A model generated the notes under the pieces. The model had not been told where the DNA came from. It saw only the letters and a list, made by a program, of their open reading frames with translations, and did no database searches. A stretch of DNA of 20,000 nucleotides from an uncultured virus (IMG/VR IMGVR_UViG_3300023184_000085). Its lineage: Duplodnaviria > Heunggongvirae > Uroviricota > Caudoviricetes. The position numbers and the translations under genes were made by a program. The stretch lies in the IMG/VR virus record IMGVR_UViG_3300023184_000085; one strand, written 5' to 3'. How positions within the stretch are numbered: position 1 is the stretch's first letter; every line of letters starts with the position of its first letter. Of this stretch, positions 15,861 to 20,000 are shown one piece after another.

Positions 15861-16424
15861 ATGAAAGAAATATGCAATAATTTTCCAATCACATCAGAAG
15901 AATATTTTGAATTAGATAAAAAATTTGGCAAACTTTGTTATTACGCAGCACATCAATTAAAAAAGAAAAATTCAAAAAACAACTGTGTCGAAGATATAGA
16001 CGATATAAATCAAGAGCTTCAACTTTCTATTATTCGTGCTGGATCTTATTACAAGAGACAGATTTATATTGAAAGTTCACTTGTGTTGGCCAAGGAACAC
16101 ATTAAGAAGACCGTAAAAAATAAAAAGTTAGTTTTAACTTTACAAAATTTGTGGAACAACAGGACTCGTCACGGTGCGAATAGACAAAAATTTGGACCTA
16201 TTCAAGAAAAGTTATTAGACGAATTGATTAAAAAATATGTTCCCAAAGACATCAGACCAAGTAAAACTGAATCGTTAAAAATTGACACAAAGTTTTCGAC
16301 TTATTGTAAAGCAATTGTTTGGAATGGCCAGAAGAGCATGGGCAAGAAAATTACTAGAGAAAAAGCTATTCGATCAGGTTTGGTTAGTTTGTCTGAATAC
16401 GATTATCTTGGTACGAATTTGTAA
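15861..16424 (+). CDS. Sigma70 region-2-like protein (phage sigma factor candidate)
   Basis: DIDDINQELQLSIIRA resembles region 2.2 (DLIQEG.IGL..A) and DTKFSTYCKAIVWN resembles region 2.3 (KFSTYA.WWI). No region 4. Confidence 0.6.
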   Translation: MKEICNNFPITSEEYFELDKKFGKLCYYAAHQLKKKNSKNNCVEDIDDINQELQLSIIRAGSYYKRQIYIESSLVLAKEHIKKTVKNKKLVLTLQNLWNNRTRHGANRQKFGPIQEKLLDELIKKYVPKDIRPSKTESLKIDTKFSTYCKAIVWNGQKSMGKKITREKAIRSGLVSLSEYDYLGTNL

Positions 16425-16481
16425 CTTCTGATATTGTTCTTCTGCTTAGTTAATGTTATTTCGTAAGTAGGAGAAAGTAAA

Positions 16482-17984
16482 ATGAGTTTGACACCAGAAG
16501 AACAAGCGATAATCGAGTCGTTAACGAATCCAGAAACGCAACAGACGAAGTTTTCATGGGACGATATGTTCCAAAAGAAATTGCTTGGTATGTTGCTTAC
16601 TGATAAATACATGTTGATTCAAAGTATCGACAAACTAAAGCCAGAATATTTTTCAAATGAAATACATGTTCTGATATCGAAAATTTTATTCGACTACTTC
16701 AAAGAAAAGAATTCTATTCCTGATCATTTTATAATGAACACGGAACTCACCTCGAAGATAAAAGACAAAGATAAAACTATTCAGTTGTATCATTGTGCTG
16801 AATTAGGAAGTTTATATAGCTATTATGTTCCCGGACTTGATACGAGAGAATACCTTATCGATAAGGTATTCTACTTTGCTAAAGTACAAGCGGTAAAAGT
16901 AGCATTTCACAATTGTCTTGAAAAAATGAAAAAGGCACCAGAGGAAGAAAAGACTTGGGCGTATGTTTACGAGCAAATGCGTCAGTCTATGTTGATCGAG
17001 CGATCATATGAACCGGGACTTGAATATTTTTTAAATATAGATTTGATGTTTGATCGCATGGAAGATCAGTTCGCTGGTAAGGATAGATTCACATCTGGAT
17101 TTCCTTCTATAGATAACAATTTGACTGGAGGTGGCTTATTTCATGGGCAAATAGCTTCGTGGATAGGATTGCCCGGTACTGGCAAGTCTTTGGCTCTTTC
17201 GAAGGCTGCTGTTGCTAATGTTCTTTTAGGCCATAAAGTTTTATATTTAACTATGGAAATGGATGAGATAGGAATAGCAACAAGATTTACATCTCAATTT
17301 ACAAAGATTGATATAAATTTATTAAAAGAGAACAGAGATCAAGTTAAGAGTACGATTGAAGAATTTAAAAAGGACAAAGAAAATTCTAATCTTTTAATTG
17401 TAAAGCAATTTCCCGGTGGCATGATCGATGTCAATGGTATTAGAGCTTATCACGCTCAATTGCTTCTTAGAGGTTGGAAGCCAGATTTAGTTATTGTCGA
17501 TTATGTCGGAGAAATGAAAGATGACCCGACTGTTAAGAAGTACGAGTCTGCTTATAGAATATTAAGAGATTTAAGAGGTTTCGGGGTCGAACAAAATCAT
17601 TGTACATTTACATGTTTGCAACCAAATCAATCAGCAGCAAAATTAGAATTAAACGAATATATCGACGAATCAAACATAGGAACATCGTTTGATCAATATA
17701 AACCACTTGATGCTTTTTGGTCTATTAATCAAAAAAGTTCCGAGAAGGATGCTGAGATAGGAAGGGTATTTGTTATAAAACACAGAAATGGACAATCAAG
17801 GTTCAATTTTAAAATAGGATTTGATTTATCTATGGGTACATTAGATTTGTATGAAATAACAAATGAAAAATATAAAGAATTATTTAGCACTTCGAATTCT
17901 CAGAAAACAGAAGATTTAAATTTCGATCAGTTTAAAGCTGGTGGTAAAAAGAAAAAATCTGAATCATTCGATGACGAAGAATGA
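16482..17984 (+). CDS. dnaB: Replicative helicase, DnaB/T4 gp41-like
   Basis: SGFPSID..L.GG, Walker A GLPGTGKS, YLTMEM, IVDY, QPNQ and KHRNG. AGGAG SD upstream. Confidence 0.92.
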   Translation: MSLTPEEQAIIESLTNPETQQTKFSWDDMFQKKLLGMLLTDKYMLIQSIDKLKPEYFSNEIHVLISKILFDYFKEKNSIPDHFIMNTELTSKIKDKDKTIQLYHCAELGSLYSYYVPGLDTREYLIDKVFYFAKVQAVKVAFHNCLEKMKKAPEEEKTWAYVYEQMRQSMLIERSYEPGLEYFLNIDLMFDRMEDQFAGKDRFTSGFPSIDNNLTGGGLFHGQIASWIGLPGTGKSLALSKAAVANVLLGHKVLYLTMEMDEIGIATRFTSQFTKIDINLLKENRDQVKSTIEEFKKDKENSNLLIVKQFPGGMIDVNGIRAYHAQLLLRGWKPDLVIVDYVGEMKDDPTVKKYESAYRILRDLRGFGVEQNHCTFTCLQPNQSAAKLELNEYIDESNIGTSFDQYKPLDAFWSINQKSSEKDAEIGRVFVIKHRNGQSRFNFKIGFDLSMGTLDLYEITNEKYKELFSTSNSQKTEDLNFDQFKAGGKKKKSESFDDEE

Positions 17985-18067
17985 TTATAATTTTTTCAAA
18001 CTAGGATTGATTAAATTTAATTATATATTTTAATGTGTGTGTACGAACATCAAACGAGGTAATTCAA

Positions 18068-18568
18068 ATGTTAGACGAAATTCCGAACGAATGCATTGTT
18101 GTAGTGGTATGTGGCAAAGATGTCAGGTTAGATCCAGAATACATGAAATTCAATGAAGCTAATATCAATAAATTCATGGAACAAGAGTATGGATGGATTG
18201 ATTACTTTGGAAAACAACTTGAATTGGCTCAAAAGGAATTAGCCTTGGCATCATTAGAATATGATGTTTTGTATAACGAAAAATACATTCAAGTTAAAGA
18301 TCAGGGAAATTCCGACACATATTCAAAGGCTAAAGCTCAAACAGATACTGTGGTTATCGATAGTTATAAAAAAATGCTTTCAAAGCGAGAAACGGTTGGT
18401 CTTATAAAAGCATATCTTAGAGCTTGGGATAGAAATCATGATAATGCTCAAAATCGTGGTCATACTCTTAGAAAAGAATTCGAAAAGCTGAAAGATACTA
18501 GGTCTGCTGATTTTCCAGATGTAAGTTACAATCAAGACAAGCAAATAGAGGACATATTAAATGGCTGA
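18068..18568 (+). CDS. Coiled-coil protein, UvsY-like recombination mediator candidate
   Basis: Helical pattern (YFGKQLELAQKEL...YNEKY...KAKAQTD) and size resemble UvsY-like proteins, and it lies next to the helicase. ATG at 18068 has a GAGGT SD. Confidence 0.55.
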   Translation: MLDEIPNECIVVVVCGKDVRLDPEYMKFNEANINKFMEQEYGWIDYFGKQLELAQKELALASLEYDVLYNEKYIQVKDQGNSDTYSKAKAQTDTVVIDSYKKMLSKRETVGLIKAYLRAWDRNHDNAQNRGHTLRKEFEKLKDTRSADFPDVSYNQDKQIEDILNG

Positions 18569-19091
18569 TTTTGAAAATGCAAAGCATTATTCCTTTTCAG
18601 ACCACCAACTCGAACAAAACATATTATTTTGGCTGTGTGCCGAAGATAATGATATTTTGAACGTTGCTAAAAATTTAAATGCATTTTTAGATAAATGGAA
18701 TGATAAAGGAAAACTTTCTCCTTTTCAAAGCATAAGAAGCATGGTTGATAAAACAAATGTTCCATTGGAAATTAAAAACTTTGCGATAAAAGATCATAAC
18801 GAAAAAGCTATAGTTTTTATACTCCTTGCTTTTTCTGGAATCAATCTTCGCACTTGTTCGTTTAAAGAATTTTTAAAAGTAAAAGGATTGAAAAACAATG
18901 TCGTTAAATGTTTTTTAATTCATACAAGACAGCTTTGCGTTGAAGATTATACTTATGAAATAAGTTCGAACAAACCAGAAACAAAAAAAACAATCAATTC
19001 AAAAGAACAAAAATCTAAGGACATCATAGACAACAGAGAAATGTTAGATTTTGATTTAAGTGTATGGAACATTATCAGGAAAAATAAATGA
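18561..19091 (+). CDS. Degenerate helix-hairpin-helix (HhH-GPD/glycosylase-like) protein
   Basis: LEQNILFWLC, SPFQSIR and SGINLRTCSFKEFLKVKGLKNNVVKCFLIHTR match the layout of a phage HhH family, but the hairpin is altered. GAGG SD upstream. Confidence 0.5.
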   Translation: MADFENAKHYSFSDHQLEQNILFWLCAEDNDILNVAKNLNAFLDKWNDKGKLSPFQSIRSMVDKTNVPLEIKNFAIKDHNEKAIVFILLAFSGINLRTCSFKEFLKVKGLKNNVVKCFLIHTRQLCVEDYTYEISSNKPETKKTINSKEQKSKDIIDNREMLDFDLSVWNIIRKNK

Positions 19092-19834
19092 TAGATGTTA
19101 ATAGGATTTATAATGAAGATTGTCTTGAAACAATGTCGAGAATGCATGATGGATTTGTTGGATTGACTGTGACGAGTCCTCCATATGATAATTTGCGTAT
19201 TTATAATGGTTATGTTTTTGATTATAAAAAAACAGCGGAAAGTTTGTATAGAGTGACTAAATCTGGAGGTGTCGTTGTTTGGGTTATTGCCGATGGAAGT
19301 GTAGATGGTGGAGAAACAGGAACTAGCTTCGAACAAGCTCTTTATTTTAAGAATATAGGATTTAAAATTCACGACACTATGATTTATGAAAAAACAGGAT
19401 TCTCAAATCCAAGTTCGACTAGGTATCATCAAGTTTTTGAATATATGTTTGTGTTCAGTAAAGGTTCTCCTAAAACATTCAATCCAATAAAAGATAGAGA
19501 AAACAAATACAAAGGAGTTCATGGTGGCGAAAGATCTTTTCGTGAAGATTTTGGCATGAGATATAATGTTTGGAAGTATGCTAATGGTGGAGGTAATACT
19601 TCGAAAGATAAAGAAGCATTCAAGCATCCAGCCCCAATGCCAGAAAAACTTGCTAATGATCATATAGTCAGCTGGAGTAACGAAGGCGATTTAGTCTATG
19701 ACCCTTTCATGGGAAGTGGAACTACAGCTAAAATGGCTATCCTAAACAAACGTAACTTTATAGGTAGCGAAATATCAAAAGATTACTGCGATATCGCAGA
19801 GAAAAGAATCAAGGATATTGTAAGTGATAAATAA
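19088..19834 (+). CDS. DNA methyltransferase, N4C/N6A beta class
   Basis: NEDCL, catalytic TSPPY, HPAPMP, SAM-binding DPFMGSGTT and IGSEI. Confidence 0.93.
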   Translation: MIDVNRIYNEDCLETMSRMHDGFVGLTVTSPPYDNLRIYNGYVFDYKKTAESLYRVTKSGGVVVWVIADGSVDGGETGTSFEQALYFKNIGFKIHDTMIYEKTGFSNPSSTRYHQVFEYMFVFSKGSPKTFNPIKDRENKYKGVHGGERSFREDFGMRYNVWKYANGGGNTSKDKEAFKHPAPMPEKLANDHIVSWSNEGDLVYDPFMGSGTTAKMAILNKRNFIGSEISKDYCDIAEKRIKDIVSDK

Positions 19835-20000
19835 AATACACAACGAAGATTGCCTCGATACTATGGCTAGAATGCCAGATGATTTTATCGATTTAACTGT
19901 AACGAGTCCTCCTTATGATAATCTTAGAACATATGATGGAAGTTTAGATTGGGGTGAACACATTTGGAAACCAGTAATTCAAGATTTATTTAGAATTACA
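19824..20000 (+). CDS. Second beta-class DNA methyltransferase, running off the right edge
   Basis: Manual translation from GTG at 19824: MINKIHNEDCLDTMARMPDDFIDLTVTSPPYDNLRTYDGSLDWGEHIWKPVIQDLFRIT. Confidence 0.9.
   Translation, partial: MINKIHNEDCLDTMARMPDDFIDLTVTSPPYDNLRTYDGSLDWGEHIWKPVIQDLFRIT

Noticed and set aside
1450..19663. Short overlapping ORFs in the track (1450-, 1641-, 1759-, 2179-, 5375+, 8028-, 10504+, 12429-, 13314-, 16403-, 18953-, 19403-)
   Set aside because: They lie antisense to or out of frame with well-supported genes and have no motifs. 1641- and 1759- simply mirror the 12-bp repeat.
1..20000. Stop-codon reassignment (code 15 or 4)
   Set aside because: Genes are full length and tile densely in code 11, and TAA, TGA and TAG all appear as ordinary stops.

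Overview
AT-rich, densely coding segment of a large T4-like/jumbo dsDNA phage genome, read in the standard code. It encodes replication and recombination genes: a SbcD/gp47-like nuclease, a Dda/RecD-like helicase, a UvsW-like helicase, a DEDDh exonuclease, a DnaB/gp41-like helicase and a UvsY-like protein. It also carries six glycosyltransferase-like genes, two tandem DNA methyltransferases, and several proteins that begin with a T4 capsid-targeting-like leader behind TA(A/T)ATA late-type promoters. The most unusual locus is 13911-16424. There, a ~640-nt non-coding region folds almost end to end into helices with + strand G-U pairs. It sits directly upstream of a short family A DNA polymerase that keeps motifs A/B/C but appears to lack the thumb subdomain and proofreading. 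A region-2-only sigma-like protein and DnaB follow. Gene orientation and codon strand bias appear to switch at this point, which suggests an origin. Other notable items are a perfect 97-bp direct repeat (promoter plus leader) flanking an inserted glycosyltransferase-like gene, and a candidate ~135-nt sRNA. All assignments come from motif recognition by eye; no searches were run.
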